A DNA stretch of 64,000 bases, from positions 1-64,000 of the forward strand of contig JBDOQK010000059.1 in the NCBI GenBank assembly GCA_040437565.1, read 5' to 3'. Made by a program: the position numbers and the translations under genes. Every line of letters begins with the position of its first letter. Positions within the stretch are counted from its first letter, which is position 1. The notes below the pieces were generated by a model, which was not told where the DNA came from, did not search any database, and saw only the letters and a list, made by a program, of their open reading frames with translations. Shown in pieces: positions 25,897 to 39,376 of the stretch. Source of the stretch: Albugo candida. Lineage: Eukaryota.

Positions 25897-28240
25897 ATGA
25901 TTTCAAGATTACGATTTAATGGTAGCAATGCGGCTTCTAATGATAATGGAATGTCCAATAGCTCCACAGCTAAGAGCATTTTCAGTAATATCGGACTCTC
26001 AACTATCGGATCAAATTCCACTACCAGTGCTACCGCAACACCAGAAGCAAAGCAGAGTCCGGATCCGTATTCCGACACGAAATCATACGGAGATTCCATT
26101 ATTAACGACACTAACGACGAAATAGAGCTTCCTTTGGGCTGGCGACTCGTTAGTAGTCGACATTCCGGAAGAGAATATTATCTACACATCGCGACAGGAC
26201 ATACGCAGTGGGATCGACCCACTTCCAGCGAAGCGCCGAAAGGTATGTACAACACGCAAACTGGTGGAAAAAAGACGAAGAAATAGTTTTTTTGTAGTTG
26301 CGTCTCAAGTACAGCAACAAAAGCAAACAAATGTATTCGGAACCGGAAGTGTTTTCACAAGCGGAGTGTCGAGAATGGGTGCAGGATTGACGTCAATGTT
26401 CTCACAAGCAAACACAAAGCTGCAAACAACGTTACAGAACAATGTCGGAACTTCCACACGAGTTCCATCTTCGAAGAATTCGCATCCAAGTGATAAAGAT
26501 ACGCAGCTTGTAGCGGAGATATTCGAATACGAACGATTAGATGGGAAAATGTCGAAAATTTCTGACCCGAAACGATATAGTGATCGTCTAGCTATAGGAG
26601 ATTCAGGATCAGAGACATTTCCGGAAGGTGATCTTCCTGAAGGCTATGAATGGACGAGTGAATGGGAGATCGATAAGAACTACACATTGGTCGATCGTGA
26701 TGGTATTTCTGCTGGATAAACAAGTTGATGAAAGCTAATGCGTTTTTCAGGATGGACGTATGCGGCTGAATTCAAGGAACTGATCAAGTTATTAGATGAT
26801 GATGCCAGTCATGCCTCTCGTCATCCTACAGATGCTGTTCGTCGTCGAAGGTGGATGCGCTTCCGACAACCGTGTCAGGATCTGATGTCATCGACAGGAG
26901 CGCCGATTGAGTCACCACAGGCAGATGGAACTCCAAGCTCGACGACGTCGTGGTTGAATGAAAGCTCTTCTATCGATAGCAATCTTCAGTCAAATCAATT
27001 TCTAAACGCAGATGATGACGATCCATTCTCTCGTACTGCTCAGAAACAACAAACCGGATTTCGAATGAATATCAAATTCACTCATCGAGGAGGAAAAGAT
27101 ACGACAAAAGATTATCAAAGTATTAGTCTGTCGGATATCAATTGGCTCGTCAATGAAAGGGACAATACGAAAGCGCCAACAGATGAAATTCTACGCGAAA
27201 AAACGGCAAATTTAGAGGTTTGTACAGTCACAAATGAAGCATCATCTTCTTCATATCGCATTTGTACAAGTAGGAACGCATCAAGGAAGCCACTAATGTG
27301 TCTATGCGTCTTGAAAGAGTGTTACGGGAGCGTTATGACAAAAAAAGCAAAGAAATTGAGATTCAACAGCAGAAACTCAATGAACTCATCGCACAATATC
27401 AAAAATGTCGAAGTGAAAACGAAACTTTGGAAAGCGTAGTCTCTGCACATCGAATCAAAGTCGAGGCGCTACGAAAAGAAGCGGTAAGCAATTTCGATGT
27501 GAGACTTTTCCAGTTTTTTCTCACGTGTGCGCTTTCAGACGGAAAAAGACATTCTTCAAGTGAGTACATAAAAGCGTGTCGCGGAGAAGTACACATTTGA
27601 CGCCATTTGATGTAGAATGAAGAGCAACGAGCCATCAATGCAGAGCTTGAAGCTACCAATCAAGCACTTGAGGAAAAGGCCAAAGCATTAGCCACTGCAA
27701 GACTTCGATACAAACGCGATAATAAGGCGCTACAGGCAGCAGTTGAGGACGCCAAACAACGACTAGAGCAGCAACAACGCGCAAAAATTGATAATGAATC
27801 GCAGAATCCAGTTGCTCAGGAAGTTCGACGAGAAATTGAAAAGTTGAGGCAGTTGCACACGAAACTCGAAGCCATGAGAGAGCATCGTCTAGCGCTGGAA
27901 GAAGAAAGCAAAGCTCTTTTTAATGTTGTTGTTGAGAAAAAAGCAGATTTGAAATTCAAATCCAAGAAGAAGGTACGCAAGTAAGCGCTATGGGGTTTGC
28001 ATTCCACTCCCAATGACTCTGATGTAGATGGAGGCAGCTTTGAAAGATGTCGAGGAGCAAATCCGAAATCTCAAAAGCGAGCAAGCAGCTCTGGCTAAAC
28101 GTCTCTCACAGAAAGCAGGGAATGATGATATGCGTCAGCTGAATACCAAACGTAATGCAATTAGAAGCGAGCTAGGCGCTCTCAAGGAGCGACGAACCTT
28201 GCTACTTGCCGAAAAACGCAAGCTTGAAAATACTGAGTAA
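25897..28240 (+). CDS. WW domain + dysferlin (DysF) domain + coiled-coil protein, ~7 exons
   Basis: WW: LPLGWRLVSS..GREYYLHIATGHTQWDRP; DysF: EIFEYER..LPEGYEWTSEWEID..GWTYA..VRRRRWMRFR; heptad-rich C-terminus. Confidence 0.8.
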
Positions 28241-28265
28241 AGCACATCCAATTATTGTGCTCTGT

Positions 28266-29142
28266 TTAGGTCGATTTTTTGTATTCACTTTTCGATACAA
28301 CCACATTGTCGTTTTTCAATTCGTACACAAACGCCACAGCTTTGGCTCCTTGTACTGCCAGTAACACAAAACTCGGAATTGTCTCTCTACAGCATACCCA
28401 TAGAATCAAGCAGTCAACTGGATGACGCTCCACGTACTTGAGCCCTCCTTTCATCGCGCCCGTGATAGAACCCGGGTCAAGATACCATTTTCCTTCCTTT
28501 GTATGAATGCTACATCTGAAATGGTGATAGAAATGAAAGAAAATATAGCGGTAGACGTACTGATGAGTGTGTCCTGTCACCAGTATGTCGACATTCATCT
28601 GACCAAAGAAATGAGTATTACGAGTAGAAAATTTTGAAAGAACACCTTTCGTTGTACGGCTGATAGAGACATTGGATCGCCCCAAGGAATGATTTGGTGT
28701 CCGTGCATCAGTCCAATCCGAAATTGGCCAATTGTCACAATTTTGGATTCTGAAAAACTCGATTCCTACAGACTTATTATCAGAAACAAAGCTTTTTGTG
28801 CTATTAATCCCTTTTACGTCGTCGCAATCACCAGAGACGATGTGTATATTCGAAGAGAGCGCTCGCAGTTCATCATACTGATCTTTACATATCATATTTC
28901 CAGTGCATAGCACATGCTGAATCTTCCCGGGAACCTTACATATTGATGTGATGAATGTTGATCTCAGTTTGTAGGACACAATTTACCAACATTTTCTGAA
29001 ACTTTTCAGGGATTGAAGCCGCTCGATGCGGTATATGGCTATCGCCCACAACAAGAACTAGCTGGGGCATACATATGTAATAATACTCTCAGAGAACTAG
29101 CGCAAAGTAACGCAGGAGCACCTCGCCGAAACCAGAAGCCAT
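28266..29142 (-). CDS. VPS29: Retromer subunit VPS29, multi-exon
   Basis: [60 protein letters not shown]. Confidence 0.95.
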
Positions 29143-29210
29143 TTTGTTAAATAAAACTACAAACTTTCAACGAATTAGATATCTCTATTACATAAACCAG
29201 CCAATGATCA

Positions 29211-30106
29211 TCACTTATTAAGAGGAGTGGGAACGCAATATATCGAATTCGTCGAAGATTCCGTAACATATACAAAAGCTTCATCTCGGCTTCGATATTC
29301 AGATCAGTCATTAGCGATAACAAATAATAATGCGCTTACCTTAAACACAATCCGGTGATCTCGGGTCCTGGTACCTGTAAAGTGTGCGTTATAGCTCCTC
29401 TTTCATTCAATACGCTGATATGCCCCTTTGTGGCTGTATGCGCAAAGTCATAGTGACCCACAAATATATTCCCTTTTGTATCGCAGATGACACTAGATGG
29501 ACCCAATCCGCCACCACATTGATAGAAGACGCTGGAATGATAAATGTTGCCAGGTGTACGCACCAATCGAAGAATTCGATTCATCATCATTTCAGCGACC
29601 AAAAGCACATCATCGTTCACTTTGCTGATTGCACAAGGATGGGCTAAACACTCGTATAAAAGTGGACGGAGAGTCTTATCGCCACTCGGACTCGGGCCGA
29701 TACAGAAAACACTTCCACGTCGATTTTCCAATGTGGTCTCTCCAAAAGGACCGCTATCGGTGAAGAAAATGGTGCCATCATTAAAAAGGATGATTGAAGA
29801 GGGACCGCGAAATGTTTGATCTTCATAGGATGTCACAAGAACTTCTGGCTGATTACTGGAATCAGACCGAAGAATAGCCGCATGTGCAGCGTCCACAATA
29901 TGCAATGTACCATTCGCATCAAAACAAGCTCCGAGAGGTACTCCACCAGTACAAACAATTACCTTGTGTTCCATTTTAGTCTTAGAATACTCCAAGATTT
30001 CCCCGGTGCCTGCGGAAATGTAGTGGATCCTGTCATTTTGTTGTAGAGGAGAAAGAAATGGGAAACAAATATTCGAGCCAGGACATTTGATAGTCTCCAG
30101 TGTCAT
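29211..30106 (-). CDS. SMP-30/gluconolactonase-like beta-propeller protein
   Basis: FRGPSSI..DGTIFFTDSG..GSVF, HPCAI, LLVAEMMMNRILRL; one intron near the 3' end. Confidence 0.8.
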
Positions 30107-30356
30107 AACAATTTGGGCGAGCTTTAAAACAAGATTATTATTTATGGAGAAATCCGGAAGCGGCGGCTGTTGAAATGCGCTTTTGAGTCTTTCTGCTAGC
30201 AAAAACGGTCGTTGATACGAGTTCCTCGCGAAATAGCCTTCATACTTGACTCAAAGCCGCGCTTGCTTTGAGGTCTGATGTAACAGCATGAAAATAAACA
30301 AATAATTACGCGTTTTGGCGCTAAGGATTCATAAATCACAATTGTCTGCGGTCGGT

Positions 30357-30931
30357 ATGTCTTATTTTATTCCACCCGTTAATTATGGCATGATCGAAGA
30401 GGATTTATATCGTTCGGGGCAACCAAATGAATTGAACTTCCCATTCTTGGAGCGTTTGAATTTACGCAAAATAATATATTTAGCAGCGGAAGAACCAAAC
30501 ATTCAATTTCAGAGTTTTGTGGAAGAGCAAGAGATTGATTTAATTTGCTTGGGAGGAAATGCGCATATGGAAAATCGTCGAAAAGCGTGGGAGCCTTTAT
30601 CGGAGGAAACAGTGCTGGCAGCTTTACAGATCATTTTAGATCGTTCGAATTACCCTTTGTATATAACCTGCCATTTGGGCCGTGATCGCACCGGTACATG
30701 CTTGATTCTGCCCTTAGGCGCTGAAATGTAATGCTTCCATTCGTAGGCGCTGTAGTTGGATGCCTCAGGAAGATGCAGCAATGGCATTTATCATTAATTT
30801 TTGAAGAATATCGACGATTTGCTGGCAGTAAAGTGAGACTACAAAATGAGCAATTCATCGAACTGTTTGACACTGATCTCGTAACAATACCAGCAAATCC
30901 ACCTCGATGGTTGAGAAGAAAACACATATAA
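30357..30931 (+). CDS. OCA1/Siw14-family atypical dual-specificity phosphatase
   Basis: FIPPVNYGMIEEDLYRSGQP..NFPFL; CX5R loop CHLGRDRTG; |VVGCLRKMQQW..IFEEYRRFAG. Confidence 0.9.
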
Positions 30932-32533
30932 GATAATACAATCTCGAGTAATGTACCTGAGTCTACATGCTGTCACTCTCAGAGTTTTCGTTTATCACTA
31001 AAATCAGATCATCGCGGGGAGTAGAACACGTCAACTTGCATATCGGAAGGCGCTGTAGTAGAATTAAAATTTTAATCTCCCCATCTGATACACGACACTA
31101 AGCGATGCGAAAGTTGCTGCTGCATACATCGTCGTCGAAAGTCTATTCTGATTACATTCGACCTCATGGTAGCCAGACTGGGAAGCATACAGAAATGCTG
31201 TTATTATGTCACTAAGTGATGACTAAAACATGAAATCCTTTTTGTGTCTTCTGTATCCTAGCCACTTGAAAGTGTACGGCAGTAGTGAGCTTGGATGTGC
31301 TTTCATAAAATAGTATTTGGATGAAAGTTGTGATCGTACGTTTGTAATAACATCCCGTTCACATGCGACAAACACTTCGCAAGTGGTGTAGCTTCTGTCC
31401 ATCGTGAGATACTCGNNNNNNNNNNNNNNNNNNNNNNNNNNNNNNNNNNNNNNNNNNNNNNNNNNNNNNNNNNNNNNNNNNNNNNNNNNNNNNNNNNNNN
31501 NNNNNNNNNNNNNNNGAAGCATACAGAAATGCTGTTATTATGTCACTAAGTGATGACTAAAACATGAAATCCTTTTTGTGTCTTCTGTATCCTAGCCACT
31601 TGAAAGTGTACGGCAGTAGTGAGCTTGGATGTGCTTTCATAAAATAGTATTTGGATGAAAGTTGTGATCGTACGTTTGTAATAACATCCCGTTCACATGC
31701 GACAAACACTTCGCAAGTGGTGTAGCTTCTGTCCATCGTGAGATACTCGTTGTCGTGTTTTGTAGTTAGCTTGTTATGATATTCAAATTAATAGCAATGA
31801 CAGTGAATATCCATTGATTCGTTAGATGCACTAAAAGCTATCTATAGAGCTTGATTTTGGGACGCGATCACGTGAACGTATCGCTTCGAAAATTCAAGAT
31901 ATTTATCGGGAGACTCCGCGATACTGTGTGAGGCAAAGGTACAGCTAGTCCTGAACAACTTCACTCAGCAACTACGATAGTCTACGTCTCATTGATACAG
32001 CCAAGTATCAAGTAAATCCGGATGAGTCAGAATGAATAAGAATTGTGAATGCAAATACAAGGGAAGGTTGATCTCTACAAAGTCGAGTCGCTAGAAGGTA
32101 TGATCCTTGGAATAAAGCAACGTTAGAAGCGGCTTGATTCCACAAACGCAATTTACGCTTGGACAATAGATGCATTTGTAAATGGGCACTTTAATTACGA
32201 GGAAGCTGGTATATCTAGCAATACAACGTTTGATTCTTTACTGTCAGCAACGGACGTTGTTTTGACTTGAAGCATCTTTCAAGAATTTTACACACTAAGC
32301 TTCGAGGTCTAGAGTATTGCAGTCAAAGTTCTGTCATCTCGTTAGAATATTCTACATGGGCATCATTCCACCATAAACAGATCTATTTGGTTCCAACCTT
32401 CGAGCCTTTTCTCGCAGTACTTTCTCTAAAGACTAGTTTTGGTCTCTCATCTCATCCGGCTCTTTGGTCTAGTTGAAGTTGTCTATATTACTAGACTGGG
32501 CGTGAATACTCCTCTGAGGTCTAACTACAATAA

Positions 32534-34413
32534 GGGTACCGCTATCCAGCCCTCACCCTTAAGTTATCATTACGAGTTTTGAATGGCTAGAGAAATTATA
32601 CTTATCTAGAAGCGGTTTTACAATGTTAAGATTGGCTTAACGAGTAATACGCCCTATAAAAGGACGCAAACCAACATGTTCTCAATCATCGAAAGTATCC
32701 AAAGCATCAAGATGGATCTCAGCTTTGGCTGAGCAAGCCGCATCGTCGTTATGACGAGATTGATTGCAACTTCTTCTGTTGTGTCCTGTTCGTCCACAGT
32801 TGCCACATCGTCTTTGCGGTCGAAGAGACGCCTCCACCACATCAAACTGCGATAAATTGCGCTGCGTCGATCCTGAAGGACGTCCGCGTATGCGTGGATT
32901 TAAAAGATTTAGGACGTTTTCATCCGGGACGGTAACTAGGTGTTCGAGGATCACCCTTTTGNNNNNNNNNNNNNNNNNNNNNNNNNNNNNNNNNNNNNNN
33001 NNNNNNNNNNNNNNNNNNNNNNNNNNNNNNNNNNNNNNNNNNNNNNNNNNNNNNNNNNNNNTGTATGGCCAAAATGCAGTTTGCCGAGCAAAAAAGCAGA
33101 CACAAATTTTTCTTTGTGCGCAAGCCAAGTCTCTTCAATGTATATCATGAGTTGACGCGGAAGGCCTCCCGCATCTTAGTAAGACAACGTTGGTAAATCT
33201 GAGCTGTTGATGACATTACCAACGAATTCCATTGGCCCGTGAACTCCTTGAATGCCTCCATAGAATCGAACGTCCTACGCTGACTAGCCAGGATATTTTT
33301 ACTGATGTGCCGGCGACAGAGGAGATGGTTAGTTGCAGAAAATACATCGTCAAGTGCATACATGAGAGCTAATACTCTATCGGTGACAAAGTCACTGTAG
33401 ACAGCAAGCAGTTCACGAACGTCTGTTTTAAAAGCCTTATTGCCCAAAGGTAGTGCTCGGATCTTTTTCCAGCCATGAGTATGTAAGCGAAAGTGAAAGT
33501 CTGGCTTGTTGCGCTGACTCCTACAACGTGCAAAAGAGGAAGTCCAAAACGGTTAGTTTTGTAAGTAGAGTGCAGTAACCATATCCTCCCAGTACTAAAT
33601 TTGCAACATAGCTCTTTCACCGATGGAGAGACAATGAAGAGGTGCATCAGTCGCCGTTCGACGTCAAACTTTGTATGATACGGCGCAGAAAGACTGCAGA
33701 TTCAATACCATCAAGAAGGGCAGCCAGCGGTGCTCTACCCCCTAACAAATGCCTACGTTCCGAGTCACGAATATTGTACACATCACGAGGTGTTACCGTT
33801 AGATTGATATTGCGCATTTTTGCGACGATACGCACAGGAGCCAGAACCGACCAAAGATAACTTAGAATCTGTTGTCGCTCATCGATTTTGAGAGCACGGT
33901 TTGTGCTCTCAAATAATTGGCCTCAACAACCCAGTGAACCAAGTCTCCGTGTCCTAGCATTCGGCGAATCATCAAAGCAGACTGGCAGCCTGTTTCACGG
34001 CTATCACGTACGCGTTTACGCTTCTAGGACATGTAAGTCGCTTTCTCCGCACAAGAGCATTCAAGACACATAGCTTTGATTTCACCGTCTAAACGGTTTC
34101 CAACTCTCCTTGTTCATTGCAAGTAAGTACGAAGCCTTCATCTTGAGATTGACGGGTTACTGCTTATATAGCCTCTTCTAAAGACGCGTAAGTAGTGTCG
34201 ACGATGTCTTCAAATTGCCTCATGGTTGGAAGAACGGAAGAGTTATGGTATGACGAAACTTGCCAGCTCCCGCGTTTCGAACGGTCTGTAATATATTAAA
34301 ATAAGTATAGTCTCTCTAGCCAATCAAAATTCGTAATGATATGTTTAAGGGTGCTGTATTTATTTAAGGATGAGGGCTGGTTAGCGAAAACTGCGGGCTG
34401 ATTAGCGGCTCCC
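32534..34413 (-). mobile_element. Mutator/MULE DNA transposon, decayed transposase
   Basis: STYKTNRFGLPL..VGV..TFTFAY core; RGRP + CGNCGRTGHNRRSC knuckle; imperfect TIRs GGGTACCGCTATCCAGCCC / GGGCTGATTAGCGGCTCCC; 9-bp TSD CTACAATAA at 32525-32533 and 34414-34422. Confidence 0.92.
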
Positions 34414-34635
34414 CTACAATAAATATGGTCTAGGAAATCCAAAACGAACTTTAGCGGACTGGAAAAAAGGAGTGTTGAGAGAAGAAATCTTTTATGAGGG
34501 ACTAACAGTCTTCAAAGTCGCTGAAGTCGAAGAAGACTAGGCCGTGCGGAGAAATATCTTCGTGCTGAAGCTGTATGTTGATAAGACTAATATTTTTTAG
34601 AAGTGCTCCAGCTGCTAAGTAGCATTGCACTACCG

Positions 34636-37600
34636 CTAAAAATATCGGATGTGGGTACTCAGGGTGCTATAAATCACCGAAACAGCAGGTGTAGTAGGTC
34701 TTGAAGTGCCGTGAACGAAAAGTCCGCGGGGTTTCGATCCGTCCAAATAAAATGAATCGCAATCGTGACTAATGTAAATCAAAGATCCTCCAGCACCAGA
34801 CGGAAGGTTTCCACGCATGTGACAAATGTGTTCGAACAGAAAGAATACTGTCCGCGATGGAAAGAGCTCCTCCCAAATTGGACGTGTCCTGTTGCAATCG
34901 AGAAAAAATTTGCTGGCAACTTTCGACATCACCACAATGCTACTGAGTGCACAGGATGATTTCTGGATGTGAGTGCTGTATAAACCAAAAGCGTCCTCGA
35001 ACTGGTAAGATTCGAAAAGATAGTTGGAACTGAATATCCCGATGAATTGGTGGCAAACGCCGGCGAAGACGTTTAACAATGTGTTGAAATACTTCACCAA
35101 TGTTGCCATCCTGCTTCGATCACGTTCGTACATGTGAAGTAACACTGGGTGCAGTATATCCGGTGGCAGTGCCTTCCCAACGACTCGATGAAGGTGATTC
35201 TGAGGTATCATCGGAAAGAAAACCTTTTTGTCCGAGAGTTGAATGCCAAATTGAACCGCATAAGCATGTGCCATTTCTCTTCCGGACAGCATAATACGCC
35301 AGCAGGTTGAGCTCGTCGCATAATTTTCGTTGCTTCGACGTACAACCCGTATAAAGACTTCGATTGAAACTGATCGAACGGCTGCCCAGCCTCACTTGTG
35401 CTAAAACGCAAAATGAATTGGAGAGCAGAGTCGAAACAGTCCGTTCTTTTACCAAATAAGTCACGTCAAGTACATATTTGAAACGCTCGAGCGAAGCCCA
35501 TCCGACAACTACGCGCTGGTTCGGGATCCATTCCCAGACATAAACGATGAGTAGAGACACTTGTTGACCGTCGTCTCTTCTAAAAATGCAGATGAGGGTC
35601 GATATGAAACCATATGGGAGCATCCAATACCATGAGAAATCGCTCCTGTTGTGACAGAGCTTTGTCGGTAAGATTCCAATGACTTAGATGAAACCAAATA
35701 CATGTCTCCTTCCATCATGGTGACGCTATATTCCAATGTACCCTAGTGCTATGTCGACGTGGTGATGTCGTGTGGATATCGAGTGATCGATATGGCCCAA
35801 AAGCGGGCAAGATGTATCGTGTGATCTCCAATCCAGTAAGTCTCCAGTTGCTAGGTGAAGCTGTACTGGAATTCAATAGAAATTATTGTAAAAACTGAAA
35901 TCGTTGTTTCTTCGGTTGTGCCGCGATAAAAAAACCTGTAGTCCACCTTTTGAATGAGGTAGGTACTAGAATTCCGACTCTATTAGCTGAACGTGTATTA
36001 AATCTCGCTCATACTTCCGACTCAAAACAAATCGATTAAGCATCGTCTGCCACCGGCAAAGTATATATTGCGGGATGTTCAAATGAGTTGTAAAGTGCCA
36101 TGAACGTAATAACACCAAAGTTTGTGCCACCAGCAATCTTCCACAAAGTGTTCTGGCTCGACGAAACCACTGACGGAACACACCATAAAAACGATCTTCT
36201 AAGAATTCGATCATCAAATAACCAACGGTTTATTGACTGAATGGAACTCCCAAGTATTTTACCGACGCGCGCGGTGGGAGAACTTTCACATGTGCAGACG
36301 GTTGACATACTTGGTGTCGATTCAGAAGGAGCAAATTGGAGTTGGACAAGTTGAGCTTTGCTCCTGAACCATCGAAGCATCTCTAAACGATCTCGAGCTG
36401 CACCCCTGCTCCACTGAGCGAAGACGATAATAAGGTCAAGTCGTCGGAAAAAAAACTCGTTGCTGTATTCGTTGGAGTGATGAATATTCCTGGTCCTTCA
36501 TTCCTCCGCAACAAATTTCCCAAAGGTTCAATCTTCATGAGAAAGAGCAAAGTGGACAGTGGATCACCCTGTTCAACACCCCTCGACAGAGTGATTTTTG
36601 GCAAAACCGTTCCATTTAGCAGCAACGATACAGTCATGGTGGTGTACAGAAGCTTTGTCCACTGGATGAACGAATGTCCACAATTAATTTTCGATAAACC
36701 GCGAACATTTAAGACGAATCCAATCGATGGTACGCTTTCTCAAAATCGAGAAATGTTGCGCATGCTTCTTCATCACGATGAGTGAACGTATCCTGCAGAT
36801 CACTCATGTATCGAATGTGATGATGGATGGAACGTCCTCCCAGAAATGCTTTTTGATCCTCGTGGATCAATTTCGGAAGCACCTGCTGAAGTCGGCACGC
36901 AAGTACCTTCGACAGCACTTTCACATCCACGCATATCAAGGCAATAGGACGATAGTTGCCAGGATCAGCTTGTCTGTATAGCAACGTGATTGTTGGAATA
37001 CGTTGAAATCGCAGCAAGGAGCCTCGACGAAGTTGGTGGTCGAAGACAATTTGCAAATTTTACCAAAAACACTTGGAGCGAGTTGGTAGAATGCTACCGG
37101 CAATCCATCCATCTCAGGTGACGAGTGTCCACGCATACTTTTTATTGCTTCTTACATCTCCCGTTTTAATAATTGGGGGGGCAAAAAAGATTCGTCAGGG
37201 CTGGATAAGGTTTCTGTGATCGAGTGAAGCAATGTATGTTGTTTTGTCGCGCATGGACGCAGAGCAAGTCCAGCTGAATTTGTTGATTTTCCATGATACC
37301 ACCCCAGTGATCTGTGAACTGAAGAGTGATATCAATAGGATTCAGAGACACTTTTCCATTAGGAAGTAGAACTTCCAAGGGTACAGGATGACATGTTGAG
37401 TCCACTGGTCGAAAGAAATAGTGAGATGATTTCTCCATGTTCTTCATGTGGTAATCGAACATGGAATCTTGATTATACTTAGACGAACTCCTGACCCTGT
37501 CATGATAAGAGCGAAGATCTTCCGCGTACACTTTTTTTCTATTTCTTGATTTGATTGTCGATAAGCTGCTGCAGCTTCGTTTAACGCACTGGAGACGAAT

Positions 37601-39095
37601 CCTCTTCTGAACTTGTTGTAGTAGATTTTTTGTCTGCTTCTTCCAATTTTCCCACTCAGTACCAGGATGAGAGTAAACAAGAAGCTTTCCTAGGATACGA
37701 TACGCCTACTCCTCAATCGCTTCTTTGATAACGGGATAGTCGAATAATGATAAAGGACATTTCCAATAACCACGACCTTGGAGTTGAGATGGATTTGCGA
37801 ACTTTACAACATGAGCCAGATGATCACCCGTGTGTGGGAGTGAGACGTAACTGGACTCCTTGTAAACTGATTGGAAAAGAGGTTCCGACAGAAGGATGTA
37901 ATTCAGCCGTTTTTTTCTTTGTTGGGTACCAGTAAAGATACGTGCTTCAGGATGATGTTGACGCCAAGCATCCAAAACACCCAATTTGGAAAGCCATTCC
38001 AAACATGAGAGTCGACTTATCTCGTGCCTATATACACCACTGGAACAATCCAAGCTGGGGCACAAGGTAGTGTTCAAATCGCCACAAACAATGTGCGTTG
38101 CGTTGTGGTCAAAAGTACCCGTTCGAAGCTGGTCGAAAAATAGTATTCGTTCAGCTGGATTCGCCGGAGCATAAACGTTATGGATATATACCGGAGCTCC
38201 CAGTATCACCAAACGCACAACCAAATATCGGTCGGGTACGGAGACAGTGGTAAGAGCTTGTGCAGATTCAGATCCGGAAAAATCGTGACAAATAATTGTC
38301 ATAACCCCGTCGACTCGTCCCCGAACGGGGTGAGAGTGACGACTATTCGAATCACTGACAAAAAGATGATTTGTGAATGTTGAATCCAAGTGAAACCGGA
38401 AAGTCTCCAGGTGGTGACGGTCGAGAAAATGAGTTTCTTGAACACAACAGATGGCGTGTTTCGAAAGTATGTGTATGTGTTCTATAAAACGGTGACCATT
38501 GCGTTTGATGCCGTTCGTGTTGACAGAAAAAATGGTCTTATTGTTCCATGAACACTGATCAGACGACCTGCCCTTAACAATCAAAAGCTAGCGCCCGGGG
38601 TATAATAGTCGGTACGCCATCTACCTGCTGCAGCTGTAGAATAGCTGCATCTTCGGGATAATAGTTGGTCGACAATTGGAGAACGTCCAAGTTGTCCAAT
38701 AATGGACTGTCCCGTTGCGCTTCAGACCACTCAATGAGGCAAAGAGAGCCAATGGAGACCGCAGAAGCTGTAACGATACGTTTGTTTGAAGTGAACGATA
38801 GTGGTGGGTTGGGATCCAGATCCCAGGCTGGCCAGTGATGTACTGAATCCATTGATCACAGTGGTAGATCGCCGGTGCTGTGCACATCAACATCAGCTCA
38901 AAAACTGCAATCGATTTGCCGGTGAGGCTTTCCACCAGTGTGCCACTGATGCAAACAAGTCTTGGCGCTTCACTGGAACTTTTCCGCCTAGTTATTTGGA
39001 CCATGTCTTGACGAACGTGGTGTCTAAATTGGGTTCTGAGGCCGCAAGAACACGATTAATAGTGTGAACGTGCACCAATTCGGACAATTGATGAT
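34636..39095 (-). mobile_element. Decayed non-LTR retrotransposon (L1/Tx1-like) with APE endonuclease and RT; ends approximate
   Basis: APE: SVNTNG, CVQETH, NVYAP, GDLN, GDH. RT: GNYRPIALICVDVKVLSKVL, LDFEKAY, GVEQGDPLS, FSDD. Many stops and frameshifts. Confidence 0.9.
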
Positions 39096-39225
39096 NNNNN
39101 NNNNNNNNNNNNNNNNNNNNNNNNNNNNNNNNNNNNNNNNNNNNNNNNNNNNNNNNNNNNNNNNNNNNNNNNNNNNNNNNNNNNNNNNNNNNNNNCTCCG
39201 CCGAGGGGCCCCATCGCAGCCCTTT

Positions 39226-39300
39226 TGCCACCGCCGGGATTCGAACCGGGGTACACACGGTTGGAACACATGTGTACTATCCGCTAGGCCCCCCGACGGG
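39226..39300 (-). other. tRNA-derived segment (SINE-like head or tRNA pseudogene)
   Basis: Minus strand reads TAGCGGATAGTAC..GGTTCGAATCCCGGCGGTGGCA with A/B-box-like motifs; acceptor stem unpaired, anticodon arm abnormal (9-nt loop). Confidence 0.7.
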
Positions 39301-39304
39301 GTCA

Positions 39305-39376
39305 GGCCCTGTGGTCTAGTGGTATGATTCTCGCTTTGGGTGCGAGAGGTCCCGGATTCGATCTCCGGCAGGGCCC
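39305..39376 (+). tRNA. tRNA-Pro(TGG)
   Basis: Full cloverleaf: GGCCCTG/CAGGGCC acceptor stem, CTCGC-TTTGGGT-GCGAG anticodon arm, T-arm CCGGA-TTCGATC-TCCGG. Confidence 0.92.
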
